Assembly: GCA_036229005.1 (NCBI GenBank)
Contig: JAZAMN010000024.1
Coordinates: 32,001 to 96,000 of the forward strand
DNA length: 64,000 nucleotides
DNA from: Myxococcota bacterium
Lineage (GTDB): Bacteria > Myxococcota_A > UBA796 > CAJQPC01
Direction: 5' to 3'
Shown: positions 48,905-58,475 of the stretch, piece by piece
Layout: every line of letters starts with the position of its first letter
Numbering within the stretch: the first letter of the stretch is position 1
The notes under the pieces: generated by a model
Databases searched by the model: none
What the model was told of the DNA's origin: nothing
What the model saw: only the letters and a program-made list of their open reading frames with translations
Program-made: the position numbers and the translations under genes

Positions 48905-50026
48905 ATGATCCACTCCGCCGAAGCCCTCGTTTCCCTGCCGATCTTCCGCCAAGTCCCCGTTGAGCGGTTGCAAGCGGCGCAGGCCCTCTTTCACCACCTG
49001 GAGATCCCCTCGGGGCACCGGATCTGGTCAGAGGGAGAGGCTGCGGACCGCATGGCCATTCTCGTGGCCGGCCAACTCCGCGTGAGTCGGGCGGGCGAAC
49101 AGATCGGTACTGTGTCCGCAGGCGAGGTCACCGGGGAGGCTGGCGGCTTCTTCCAAGGCTTCACCCGCAACGCGGACGCGGACGCGGTGGGCGAGTGCAC
49201 CCTGCTGATCCTGGACCGGCAGACCATGGGCCGCCTGCGCGCCCAGCACCAGGAGGTCTACGACGCCCTGCTCGTGGCCACCGAGCGGGCTCTGGTCGGG
49301 CGGGTGCGGGCCACCACGCTGGAGCTGGCCAAGCGCTCTCCCGGCGTCACCGACCGCCCCGAGCGCCTGGAGCTCTCCACGCTGCAGCGGGTCTGGCGCA
49401 AGCTCACCTCGGACAAGGCCAGCCCCGCACCGCCCCTGGTCTACCCGCTCCTCGCGCGGCGCCCCGGGCTGGCGGGTGTGCCCCTGGAGCAGGTCCGCAA
49501 GCTGGTGCCCTACTTCACCCCGCGCAAGGTCCACCAGGGCGAGGTGATCTGCATGGAGGGTGACCAGGTCACCGACGGCTGGCTGCTGGGGGAGGGCCGC
49601 GTCGAGGTCTACCGCAACGTGGGCGGCGAGCGCGCCGAGCACCTGACCACCCTGCGGCCGGGCGACCTGTTCGGGCACAACGGCATGCTGAATCGGGCGG
49701 CCCGCCGCTCGGCGAGCTGTGTGGCCGCTGAGCCCGGCTGGATCTTCACCATGGACCACGCGCTCTTTGGACCCCCCACCAGCCCGGAGCTGCGGCTGTG
49801 GACCGAGTCCATGCTGATCTCCCTGATGGAGCAGGTCTCCCGGGCCAACCGCTCGCTGGAGCTGTTGGTGATGGACACCCTGCCGGAGCTGCCGGTGGGC
49901 GCCCTGACACCCATGGTCACCGAGGAACTGGAGGCCGACGCCCTGCGCGGCGCCCACAGCGCGCTGGCCGGTCACACCCTGGACGAGGAGCTTCCCAAGG
50001 TGGAGTTCGGGGTGGGCCGCGGTTGA
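48905..50026 (+). CDS. Tandem cyclic-nucleotide-binding-domain protein
   Basis: Two cNMP motifs: GEVTGE...RNADA and GDLFG...RSASC. Confidence 0.78.
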   Translation: MIHSAEALVSLPIFRQVPVERLQAAQALFHHLEIPSGHRIWSEGEAADRMAILVAGQLRVSRAGEQIGTVSAGEVTGEAGGFFQGFTRNADADAVGECTLLILDRQTMGRLRAQHQEVYDALLVATERALVGRVRATTLELAKRSPGVTDRPERLELSTLQRVWRKLTSDKASPAPPLVYPLLARRPGLAGVPLEQVRKLVPYFTPRKVHQGEVICMEGDQVTDGWLLGEGRVEVYRNVGGERAEHLTTLRPGDLFGHNGMLNRAARRSASCVAAEPGWIFTMDHALFGPPTSPELRLWTESMLISLMEQVSRANRSLELLVMDTLPELPVGALTPMVTEELEADALRGAHSALAGHTLDEELPKVEFGVGRG

Positions 50027-50049
50027 ACCCAGGCGCAGGCTCCGGAGCG

Positions 50050-51723
50050 TCAGTCGTTCTGGAGCTTCCAGTTCAGGACGAGGCAGTCGATGGGGCTGGG
50101 CGCTGAGCCGTAGGCCTCCTCCATGGTGGCCTCGTTTGCGCCCTCAGCCAGCAAGGCGTGGCAGGGGATCACGACGCTCCGGGCGATGAGCTCCGCAGTG
50201 CGCTCCATCACCCACTGCCCCTCGGCCCCGTGATCCTTGAGAGCGGCCCCGACGCCGTCCTCGAAGGGCAGGGCGTTCCCGCGCTCGTCGAAGTTCACGA
50301 CGGTCATGTCGTAGGCGAAGAACATCGCCACCGCGGCGATGGGGTAGTGGTTCTCCTCCAGCAGGGGGAGCCCTCCGCGGTCGGGGGTCAGGTCGCGCTC
50401 CAGGGAGTTGGCGATCTTCACGCGGCGGGCCCGGTCGTCGCCGTCTTCGGTGGAGACGTAGAGGCAGGTGTTGCCGTTGTCGAGCTTGGCGGTCTCCGTG
50501 ATGATGCTCTCGCCAGGCTGCATCCAGTCCAGATACCCGGCCGCCTTGGCGGTCTCGCCCAGGGCCTCGGCGCGCAGGGCCTCGCCGGAGGGGTCGGTGT
50601 ACTGGTCCACGCTCTTGGTGATCAGCGCGTCCAGTCCAGCGTCCAGGCCGAGCTGGCTGGCCTGCCGGTAGCTCAGGTGCATGGGGCCGCGCCCGCAGAC
50701 CGGGTTGCCGGTGGCGTCCACCACCTGGGAGAAGCCCATCGCGTCGGGACGGTCGGCGGCCGCGTAGGCCAGCAGGGTGGCCGCGTCGTAGTCCAGCCCG
50801 GAGCTCAGGAGCGCCTCGCGCATCTCGAAGTAGGGGTGCTTGGAGGTGGGCTTGGTGATGGTGTAGCCGTCGATCCCCAGCAGGGTCTCCTTGGCCTTGC
50901 CCCGGACCATCTCCAGGAGCACGTCCTCCTTCTGCAGGGCCGCCGTCAGGCCGGGCTGCCCGGTGATCGCGCCCGCCAGCTCGGAGAACTCCATGTCCTC
51001 AGGGCGCTTGTCGGCCGTCGCCACGTCCAGGGCGACCTTGCAGCTCTCGTGCTTGCGGGTCCAGGTCCCGATCTCCTTCTTCATGCCGCGGGCCCGGCAG
51101 CCCTGGCGGGCTCCGAAGATCCAGCCGCCGCCCATCGTGAACGCCACCGTCGCGATCATGATGAGGTTCCGGGGCATGAAGATCGCGCCCGAGACCACAA
51201 AGGTGTAGCCGCGCTGCAGGAACTGGCCGGGGGCCGTGGTGAGCAGCCGCGTCCAGATCTGCCGCTTGCCCTCCTGGGCGAACTTCTCCTTGGTCATCTT
51301 CTTGCCGAAGCGACCAAAGCGTCCGGGGCCGCCACCCCCGCGGCGGGCCTCTTCCCGCTCCTTCTGGAGCTCCTCGGGCAGCGCGTCCAGCTCCACCACA
51401 AAGCGCGGGCCCTGCTCGGTGACGAGCGCGATGGCGTCCCCCGAGTTGATGGCCACCGCCGAGGTCACCTGCCGGGGGCGGCCGCGGTTCCGCGTGTACA
51501 GGAACACGGGGGCCGAGCGGTCCACGGGGGCCAGGATCAGGTCCTGGGGCCCCTGCCGGAGGATGCGCAGGTGGGACTCGAACACGCCCAGCGACGCCGC
51601 CAGGACGATGTCGTTGTTGTCCTTGTCGGTGCCCAGCCGGACCTCGGCGCCCTCGAAGGGGCCAAAGCGTGTCCCGCCGAACTCCGGAGTGAGCCTCAGA
51701 TACAGAGCCAGATCGTGCTGCAC
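50050..51723 (-). CDS. FHA-like N-terminal domain membrane protein with a periplasmic domain
   Basis: VRLGT...DIVL...V..SHLRI...GDAI; one TM segment. Confidence 0.55.
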   Translation of the reverse strand: MQHDLALYLRLTPEFGGTRFGPFEGAEVRLGTDKDNNDIVLAASLGVFESHLRILRQGPQDLILAPVDRSAPVFLYTRNRGRPRQVTSAVAINSGDAIALVTEQGPRFVVELDALPEELQKEREEARRGGGGPGRFGRFGKKMTKEKFAQEGKRQIWTRLLTTAPGQFLQRGYTFVVSGAIFMPRNLIMIATVAFTMGGGWIFGARQGCRARGMKKEIGTWTRKHESCKVALDVATADKRPEDMEFSELAGAITGQPGLTAALQKEDVLLEMVRGKAKETLLGIDGYTITKPTSKHPYFEMREALLSSGLDYDAATLLAYAAADRPDAMGFSQVVDATGNPVCGRGPMHLSYRQASQLGLDAGLDALITKSVDQYTDPSGEALRAEALGETAKAAGYLDWMQPGESIITETAKLDNGNTCLYVSTEDGDDRARRVKIANSLERDLTPDRGGLPLLEENHYPIAAVAMFFAYDMTVVNFDERGNALPFEDGVGAALKDHGAEGQWVMERTAELIARSVVIPCHALLAEGANEATMEEAYGSAPSPIDCLVLNWKLQND

Positions 51724-51762
51724 GGCTACACGCTATCAGGCGCGCAGAGGTAGCGTGCGGCC

Positions 51763-52761
51763 GTGAACATCTTCCTGATCCCGTACAACTGGCTGCGCCA
51801 CGTCCAGGTGGCCCTGGTGACTGGCGGCGCGGCCCTGCTGTCCTGGTGGGTCCTGCTGTCGTGGATGGTGCTCCGCGGGCCCGCCTGGAGCCCGATCTGG
51901 GACGGGGCCCTGTTCCTGGTCGGCATCGCCGCATCCACCGCCGGCGCCTCGATCTGGGCGGAAGGCTCACTCGCCCGCCAGCCCCTCTGGAAGCGCACCG
52001 GCCGCACCGCCCTGGCCATGGGCCTCTCCGGCGGCTTCTCCCTGCTCTGGTTCTTCCTCTGGCACGGCCTCGTGGTCCCCCGTGTCTTCGACGCCGACGG
52101 TGGCGACGCCTCCCTGGTCAGCCTGCGCTACCGCCTGGGCGCCTTCCTGATGGTGGGCTCCTCCACGGCCATCGGCTGCCTCATCGCCCGCAAGGGCGCC
52201 GGCTTCTTCGAGCACGTCGGGGCCGGGTTCACCGCGGGGCTCGCCGGGGCCGCCACCTGGCACGCCCTCAACAGCGTCCTCCACGACCTCTACCTGGCCG
52301 GTGCCTTCGGCGCGATGGCCATGGGCGGCACCTTCGGCCTGCTCGCCTGGGGCATCCCCGAGAGCTTCTACGCCGGCTGGCTGCGCGTGCTCACGCCCTT
52401 CCGCTTCGGCCACCGCATCCCCGTGGACGCCCTCTCCGGCGGCGCCAAGGAGCGCTTCATCGGCAGCTACCCCCGGGGCCTCGACCTGCGCCTGGGGCCC
52501 TACGTGGACGCCAACGTCGGCGCGGTCCGGAAGCTCCACGTCTCCGTGGTCTACGACGGCAAGGAGGCCTACCGCCTGCGCGGCCTCTCCCAGTCCCCCA
52601 GCCGCCTCCGTCGCCTGCTCGAGAGCCTGGATCTGCGCTACGACCCCCGCCGCCCGGCCCCCCTGGAGACCCGCCTGCACAGCGGGGACCTCATCGAGCT
52701 CGGCGAGGGCCAGGAGGGCGCGGTGGTGGAGTTCATCCTGCTCCCCAAGGAGGAGAAGTAG
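51763..52761 (+). CDS. Multi-TM protein with C-terminal FHA-like domain
   Basis: About 6 TM helices, then FIGS...VRKLHVSV...LHSGDLIELG. Confidence 0.55.
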   Translation: MNIFLIPYNWLRHVQVALVTGGAALLSWWVLLSWMVLRGPAWSPIWDGALFLVGIAASTAGASIWAEGSLARQPLWKRTGRTALAMGLSGGFSLLWFFLWHGLVVPRVFDADGGDASLVSLRYRLGAFLMVGSSTAIGCLIARKGAGFFEHVGAGFTAGLAGAATWHALNSVLHDLYLAGAFGAMAMGGTFGLLAWGIPESFYAGWLRVLTPFRFGHRIPVDALSGGAKERFIGSYPRGLDLRLGPYVDANVGAVRKLHVSVVYDGKEAYRLRGLSQSPSRLRRLLESLDLRYDPRRPAPLETRLHSGDLIELGEGQEGAVVEFILLPKEEK

Positions 52762-54252
52762 GTGGCGCTCGCAGTGTGGCTCCTCACCCTCTCGCTCTTT
52801 GGGTGCAGCAAGGACACCAGAACACCCATCGGCGCCGGCGAGGACCTGCCGATGCACACCGTGCCCGGGCACACCTTCCGCATCTCCGACGAGGTGCGCG
52901 AGGAGAACGCCCAGCTCCAGGTGGACGTGCTCACCGACACCCGCTCCTGCAACATGGACGGCGTCGACAGGGTCGAGGACTGCCTGCCCTACCTGGACCG
53001 CGCCAGCGGGCAGGTGCGCCTGAGTGTGCGCTTCACCCTGGCCGGCGGGACCGTCCCGCTGCCTCTGACCCGAGATCACCTCGCCGTCTTCCACGATGGC
53101 TTCGAGGTTGGGACGAACGCCGACTCCCGCGTGGAGGTTGTGCCCCACGACCCCCTGGACACCCCCCAGCTCTTCATCCTCGTCATCGACGGCTCCGGCT
53201 CCATGCTGGAGGACGACGGCAAGAAGCTCACCCGCATCGAGCGCGTGCGGAAGGCCCTCCAGGACAAGGCGGTGGTCGACCGCTTCCTGCCGCCCGGCGG
53301 GGAGAACGGCGTGGTCCTGCTGAACTTCTCCAGCGACGACCCCCAGCCCGTGGGCCCCAAGCTCGGCATCATCAAGGGGCCGCGCCACTACGACAAGGTG
53401 GTCGACCGCCTGCAGCCGCTGCGGGGCTACACCCACCTCTACCAGGCCGTGCGCTACGCCACCGGTCCGCTGCTCGACGAGCCCGACATCCGGCGCTTTC
53501 TGGAGAAGAACCAGGCGCAGCCGGTGGTGGTCGTGCTCACCGACGGCTTCAACAACGAGGCCGCCTCCGACACCTGCGCGGACAACGCCCGGCGCCTCAG
53601 CGACCTGCTGGAGCACCTCCAGGGCGTGCGCGACCTCTCGCTCCGGGACCCCGAGACCGTGCCCCTGGTCTACACCGTGGGCCTGGGCGACGGCCTCCCC
53701 GGCCTGGACACCCAGCTGCGCGGCGTGCAGGCCGGCAAGACCAAGGTCAGCGCCAGCGATCTCTGCGGGCGCTACGCGGATCGCCGTATCGATGGCCAGC
53801 TCGAGCGCGACGGCATCGACCGTGTCTCCCTGGAGTGGGTGGCCCGACACGGCGGCGGCTTCGCCTACGTCAGCCGCGGATCCAAGGGCCTCGGGCGCGC
53901 CTTCCAGGACGCCGCTGCCACCCGCTATCGGTGGTTCGAGGTGCGCTATCAGGTGGACCCGGCCTATCTGCGTCGCCGCTTCGACACCAAGATCCGCCTC
54001 ACCGCCTTCGCCCAGGGCGAGAGCGAGGTCACCCTGGAGCCCAGCGCTTGGCTGGATCCGCCCACCGGCGAGCTCTCCCGCCGCAGCGACCTGGCCGGCT
54101 GGGTCGAGCCCGTGCCCTACCGCAGCTCCGCCGGCGTGGTCATGACCGTGCTCGGTCTGCTGGTCTCGGCGACCTTCCTGGGGGCCGCGCTCTTCAACAT
54201 CAGCCGGGTGGCCTCGGGCCGCCGCAAGCCGCGCTCGGGTCCCAAGGGCTGA
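52762..54252 (+). CDS. vWA-domain exported protein with C-terminal TM helix
   Basis: LFGC lipobox-like; DGSGSM MIDAS motif; T...LTDG. Confidence 0.75.
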   Translation: MALAVWLLTLSLFGCSKDTRTPIGAGEDLPMHTVPGHTFRISDEVREENAQLQVDVLTDTRSCNMDGVDRVEDCLPYLDRASGQVRLSVRFTLAGGTVPLPLTRDHLAVFHDGFEVGTNADSRVEVVPHDPLDTPQLFILVIDGSGSMLEDDGKKLTRIERVRKALQDKAVVDRFLPPGGENGVVLLNFSSDDPQPVGPKLGIIKGPRHYDKVVDRLQPLRGYTHLYQAVRYATGPLLDEPDIRRFLEKNQAQPVVVVLTDGFNNEAASDTCADNARRLSDLLEHLQGVRDLSLRDPETVPLVYTVGLGDGLPGLDTQLRGVQAGKTKVSASDLCGRYADRRIDGQLERDGIDRVSLEWVARHGGGFAYVSRGSKGLGRAFQDAAATRYRWFEVRYQVDPAYLRRRFDTKIRLTAFAQGESEVTLEPSAWLDPPTGELSRRSDLAGWVEPVPYRSSAGVVMTVLGLLVSATFLGAALFNISRVASGRRKPRSGPKG

Positions 54253-54317
54253 GTCTGCTGAAAGGTGAGCCCGGGTGTCTGCGTTAGACTGACAGCCTCA
54301 CCTCTTAGGGGATCCCC

Positions 54318-56501
54318 TTGAGCCGCTACATCCGGAACTACGAGATCGTGCGCGAGCTGGGCGCAGGCCACTTCGGGCAGGTGTTCGTCGGCGTGGGCGA
54401 GGTCCCCGGGCGCGGCCTGAACGCCGGCCGCCGCCGCATGGTCGCCATCAAGCAGCTCAAGCACCAGGATCCCCACCACCGGGAGCTCCTGGTCCGCGAG
54501 TTCGAGCTGTTGGACGAGGTCAAGCACCGCGGGATCGTCCGCGTCTTCGAGTTCCTGGCCGACGAGAACGCCGTCATCATGGAGTACGTGCACGGCATCA
54601 CCCTGCGCAAGCTGCTGGACGAGTGCCTGCGCGCCCGCGAGCAGGTGTTCACCGAGGCCGCCATCGAGATGGTCTGCGAGCTGGCTGACGCGCTCTACCA
54701 GGCCTACACGACCCCCGGGGACAACGGCGAGCACCTGCAGCTCGTGCACCGGGACCTCAAGCCCGAGAACATCATGGTCACCCCCCGGGGTGAGGTGAAG
54801 ATCCTGGACTTCGGCCTGGCCCGCGTCGACAACAGCGAGTACGCGCCCGAGACCAACGACCGCATCAAGGGCACGCCGGTCTACATGAGCCCCGAGCAGG
54901 CCTCCGGGCAGCTCGTGGACCACCGCAGCGACCTGTTCTCGCTGGGGCTGATCGCGTACGAGCTCTTCATGAACAAGCCGGCGTACACGGTCTCCCGGTA
55001 CAGCCGCGACCCCATGGGCGAGATCTTCGACGCCATCGAGCGCGGCGCCCTGCACGCCCAGATCCAGGAGCTCGAGGTCAAGCTCCCCGGCGTCGGCCCC
55101 ATCATCGCCCGGCTGCTTCAGGCCAACCCCCACAGCCGCTACCAGACCGGTCAGGACCTGCTCGTGGACCTGCGCCGCCAGCTCTACCGCGACCGCGGCA
55201 GCTACCTGGGCGAGTTCTGCGAGTTCTTCTTTGGCAGCATCCACGACCTGCCCCCCGCGCCCGATCCCGACGCCCCCTTCCGCTCCGGCAGCCGCGCCCG
55301 CAGCTCCCAGTCCCGCAGCGCGACCAGCTCCGGCTCCGGCCGCCGCATGACGATGGAGGAGCGCCTGCGTGCCTCCATGGCCCGCGAAGCCCAGGCCAAG
55401 CGCGCCGCCGAGAAGCCCTCCACCTGGCGGGGTGGGGGACGTGAGGCACCTCGCTCCGCGCCCCGGGTCCCGCCTGCGCCTCCCTCCGAGCCCCCTCGCC
55501 CTGCGCCCCCTGCGGCCCGGACCTCCGGGTCTGGAGCGGCTCTGCGGACCTCGGGCTCGGGTGGCCCACCGCTCTCGGGTCGGAAGCCCACGGACCCCGG
55601 GATGCTCTCGTTCGTAGACGAGGACGACGGCTTCGGCGCCGAGATCGGCGGCGAGGAGGGCAGCGCCACCGCCTTCTTCGCCATCCCCCAGCTCAAGGAG
55701 GCCGCCCGCCCGGCGGCTCCCACGGCGACCCCGGTGACCCCCGTCGCGGCTCCCTCCGCACCCCCTGTGGCTCCGGTTGCGGCTCCGATGGGGGGATCGC
55801 CTCCGCCCATGGCCCCCGCGCCGGGTGGTGCTGCGCCCATCGCCCAGGGCCCCGTCGCCCAGGGCCCGGTGGCCGAGTACAAGGCCGGGAGCCCCGTCGG
55901 ACCCGGCGGCGGCGCGCCCGTGCCACCCCCCGCCACCGACAGCGGACGCACCGAGTCCAAGCGCGTGGCCTTCATCATCCTGGGCATGTTCATGCTGCTC
56001 GGCGTCGCGACCTTCCTGGCCATCTGGGGCAGCACCATCCTGGGCAGGGATGACGGGAGAGGGGAGCCCATCGTGGCCGAGCGGGGAGACCCCATCAACT
56101 CCACCAGTACCCAGTCCACCAAGGAGCCGGATCCGCCCGCAGCCGAGGACACCGGGGCACCGACCCAGGAGCGGCCGGTGCGGCAGACCCCGCGTCAGCC
56201 GCGCAACCCCACGCCGCGCACCACCACCAGCACGGGCACCGCGAGCGCGGCGCCCAAGACCCCCTCGGGCAGCCTCAAGGTCAAGGTCAGCGGTGGCCCC
56301 ACCTATGTCTCGCTGAACTGCAGCGATGGGACCCGCGGCCGGGCCAACATCTCCGGTGGCGTCGCCAGCTTCCAGGGCGTGCCTGGCAGCGGCTGCGAGC
56401 TGAGCTTTGGTGGGCACGGCGCCAAGGCGGTGTACCGGAACGTCGGCGGCGGCCGGACCTTGACCTGCTCGGTGGACGGAGGCACCGCCAACTGTAGCTG
56501 A
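54318..56501 (+). CDS. Transmembrane Ser/Thr protein kinase
   Basis: GAGHFG, HRDLKPEN, DFGLA and GTPVYMSPEQ motifs; Pro-rich linker, TM helix and small Cys-containing outer domain. Confidence 0.92.
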   Translation: MSRYIRNYEIVRELGAGHFGQVFVGVGEVPGRGLNAGRRRMVAIKQLKHQDPHHRELLVREFELLDEVKHRGIVRVFEFLADENAVIMEYVHGITLRKLLDECLRAREQVFTEAAIEMVCELADALYQAYTTPGDNGEHLQLVHRDLKPENIMVTPRGEVKILDFGLARVDNSEYAPETNDRIKGTPVYMSPEQASGQLVDHRSDLFSLGLIAYELFMNKPAYTVSRYSRDPMGEIFDAIERGALHAQIQELEVKLPGVGPIIARLLQANPHSRYQTGQDLLVDLRRQLYRDRGSYLGEFCEFFFGSIHDLPPAPDPDAPFRSGSRARSSQSRSATSSGSGRRMTMEERLRASMAREAQAKRAAEKPSTWRGGGREAPRSAPRVPPAPPSEPPRPAPPAARTSGSGAALRTSGSGGPPLSGRKPTDPGMLSFVDEDDGFGAEIGGEEGSATAFFAIPQLKEAARPAAPTATPVTPVAAPSAPPVAPVAAPMGGSPPPMAPAPGGAAPIAQGPVAQGPVAEYKAGSPVGPGGGAPVPPPATDSGRTESKRVAFIILGMFMLLGVATFLAIWGSTILGRDDGRGEPIVAERGDPINSTSTQSTKEPDPPAAEDTGAPTQERPVRQTPRQPRNPTPRTTTSTGTASAAPKTPSGSLKVKVSGGPTYVSLNCSDGTRGRANISGGVASFQGVPGSGCELSFGGHGAKAVYRNVGGGRTLTCSVDGGTANCS

Positions 56502-56577
56502 GCGTCGGGCCAAGCAGCTCCTCGCCGACGCCAGCCGGTGCATCCCTGTTAGACTCGGCGTCCCTGTCGAGAGGTAG

Positions 56578-58467
56578 ATGTTGATCTTCGCGCTGCTCAT
56601 CGCCTTCTTCTCTCCCCCTGCGTTCGCTGAGGTCCCCCGGAGCGACGGCCCCGCCGTGTCTGTCGAGGCCCCCCTCTTTGGCGAGAAGAAGGAGGAGCGG
56701 GAGGAGGAGATCTCCGAGGCTGAGAAGGAGGCCCTGCAGAAGCGCAAGGACCGCGCCGCGCGCGTGGTCGTGCTCAAGTGGCCCGACACCTCGGTGGACT
56801 ACCAGGACGAGACGATCCAGCGGAACGTGCGCTCCCGGATCGACCGGGCGGACGCCCTGTTCTTCCCGTCGGTGGACCTGTACCAGAACGGCCGCAAGTA
56901 CCCGGACCGCTCCATCAAGCCGGTGGACCAGCCCGCGACCGTGCCTGACGGCAACCTGGAGCTGCTTCGGCAGGCCGCGGTGGAGACCTCGACCCTGAGC
57001 TGGAGCGACCTGTCCCCGGGTGAGTGGGGTCTGCGCGGCAAGGAGCTGATCCGCCTGGAGGACCGCGTCTGGTTCATCGAGAAGGTGGAGCAGCGCGAGC
57101 CCGTGTTCCTGCTGTACGCGATGATCGGCTACGCGGCGGAGAACTCCGACGACGGCGGCCCCCCCTTCTACGAGGCCATCGGCGGTCGCTCGGTGACCTA
57201 CTACTACTACCTGGCCGCGACCATGGCGTACCAGGACCCCTCGCTGCTCTCCTCGATCACCAACCAGGAGATCAAGGGCCAGATCAACTTCTACCTGGAG
57301 CAGCTCCAGAACGACGAGTTCCCGCACTTCCCCATCGACTTCGAGCTGGAGGACTTCTTCGACAAGGAGTCCTTCGACAAGGAGTACGAGGTCTACCTCA
57401 ACGGCCTCCCGGTGGATGTGGACGAGGAGGGGCAGATCCAGGTGCCCCTGGGGCGCCTCGACATCTACATGAAGCGCAAGGACACGGGCCACTCCCTGTC
57501 CGACAAGCTGGTCGTCGACAAGTTCGAGGACAAGGCCTACTTCGTGCGGAACGACGCCCGCAAGAAGATGGGCATCGACTTCATCGACCAGCTCATGCTG
57601 CACCCCAACGAGTGCAGCCCGGAGCTGGACGGCGACATCCTCAACTTCCTGGCCATCTACGCCAAGCTGCACCCCAAGGCCGAGGTCTACATCGCGGTCC
57701 CGCGCTACGGAAACCCCAACAAGGTGTTCATCTGGCGCTATGACCGGACCTCGGGGACCCTGCAGCGCGTGGGAGGTGCCGACGATGGCTACCCGGTGCG
57801 CTTCGCGGCCACCATCGGCGCGGGGCTGCTCTACAACGGCGCCTCGGCCAGCCTGAGCCCCAACCTGGAGGACCCCAGCATCGCGGACGGTCTTGCCAGC
57901 GGGGACGCCAGCGGGCTGGTGAACGCGGACTACGACCTGAGCGCCGGCGGCCTGCCTCTGGACATCCAGCTCCGCGGCCACTGGTCCCGGCTGATGGTGG
58001 GGTTTGGCATCGAGCACGCCTACAACCTCTCTGAAGACGGCGCCTGGGCCGAGGTCTACCGCACGCCCGTGCACGCCGGGCCCTACGCCGATGACGACAT
58101 CCGGGTGGCGGACACAGGCGCGGACGGCGAGCCCAAGCCGGAGGCGCTGCACTACCGCTTCTGGGCCCGGAACATCTACGGGAACGTGGGCGTGGTGCTC
58201 GGCCGGGACGCGGCGCTCGGCTTCGGCCCCCGCTTCTCGATGCGGGTCGGTGGGCTCAACGCCCCGCACGCGGTGTCGACCACCGCCCACTTTGGCTACT
58301 CCTGGCAGCCCCCGCTGGACGCGCTCCAGGCAGGGGACCGGGTGCGGCCCATGGTGGACTTCGACATCCGCGGGGGGGCCGCCTGGCCGCTGGCTGATTC
58401 GATCAGCCAGGAGAAAGCGGCGTACCCTGTGGTTGGATTCACTGCCGGAATCGGCACAACCTTCTGA
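56578..58467 (+). CDS. Exported hypothetical protein, probable C-terminal beta-barrel
   Basis: Signal peptide; VYLNG PEGA-like segment; ends GIGTTF. Confidence 0.55.
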   Translation: MLIFALLIAFFSPPAFAEVPRSDGPAVSVEAPLFGEKKEEREEEISEAEKEALQKRKDRAARVVVLKWPDTSVDYQDETIQRNVRSRIDRADALFFPSVDLYQNGRKYPDRSIKPVDQPATVPDGNLELLRQAAVETSTLSWSDLSPGEWGLRGKELIRLEDRVWFIEKVEQREPVFLLYAMIGYAAENSDDGGPPFYEAIGGRSVTYYYYLAATMAYQDPSLLSSITNQEIKGQINFYLEQLQNDEFPHFPIDFELEDFFDKESFDKEYEVYLNGLPVDVDEEGQIQVPLGRLDIYMKRKDTGHSLSDKLVVDKFEDKAYFVRNDARKKMGIDFIDQLMLHPNECSPELDGDILNFLAIYAKLHPKAEVYIAVPRYGNPNKVFIWRYDRTSGTLQRVGGADDGYPVRFAATIGAGLLYNGASASLSPNLEDPSIADGLASGDASGLVNADYDLSAGGLPLDIQLRGHWSRLMVGFGIEHAYNLSEDGAWAEVYRTPVHAGPYADDDIRVADTGADGEPKPEALHYRFWARNIYGNVGVVLGRDAALGFGPRFSMRVGGLNAPHAVSTTAHFGYSWQPPLDALQAGDRVRPMVDFDIRGGAAWPLADSISQEKAAYPVVGFTAGIGTTF

Positions 58468-58475
58468 GCCTCTCC

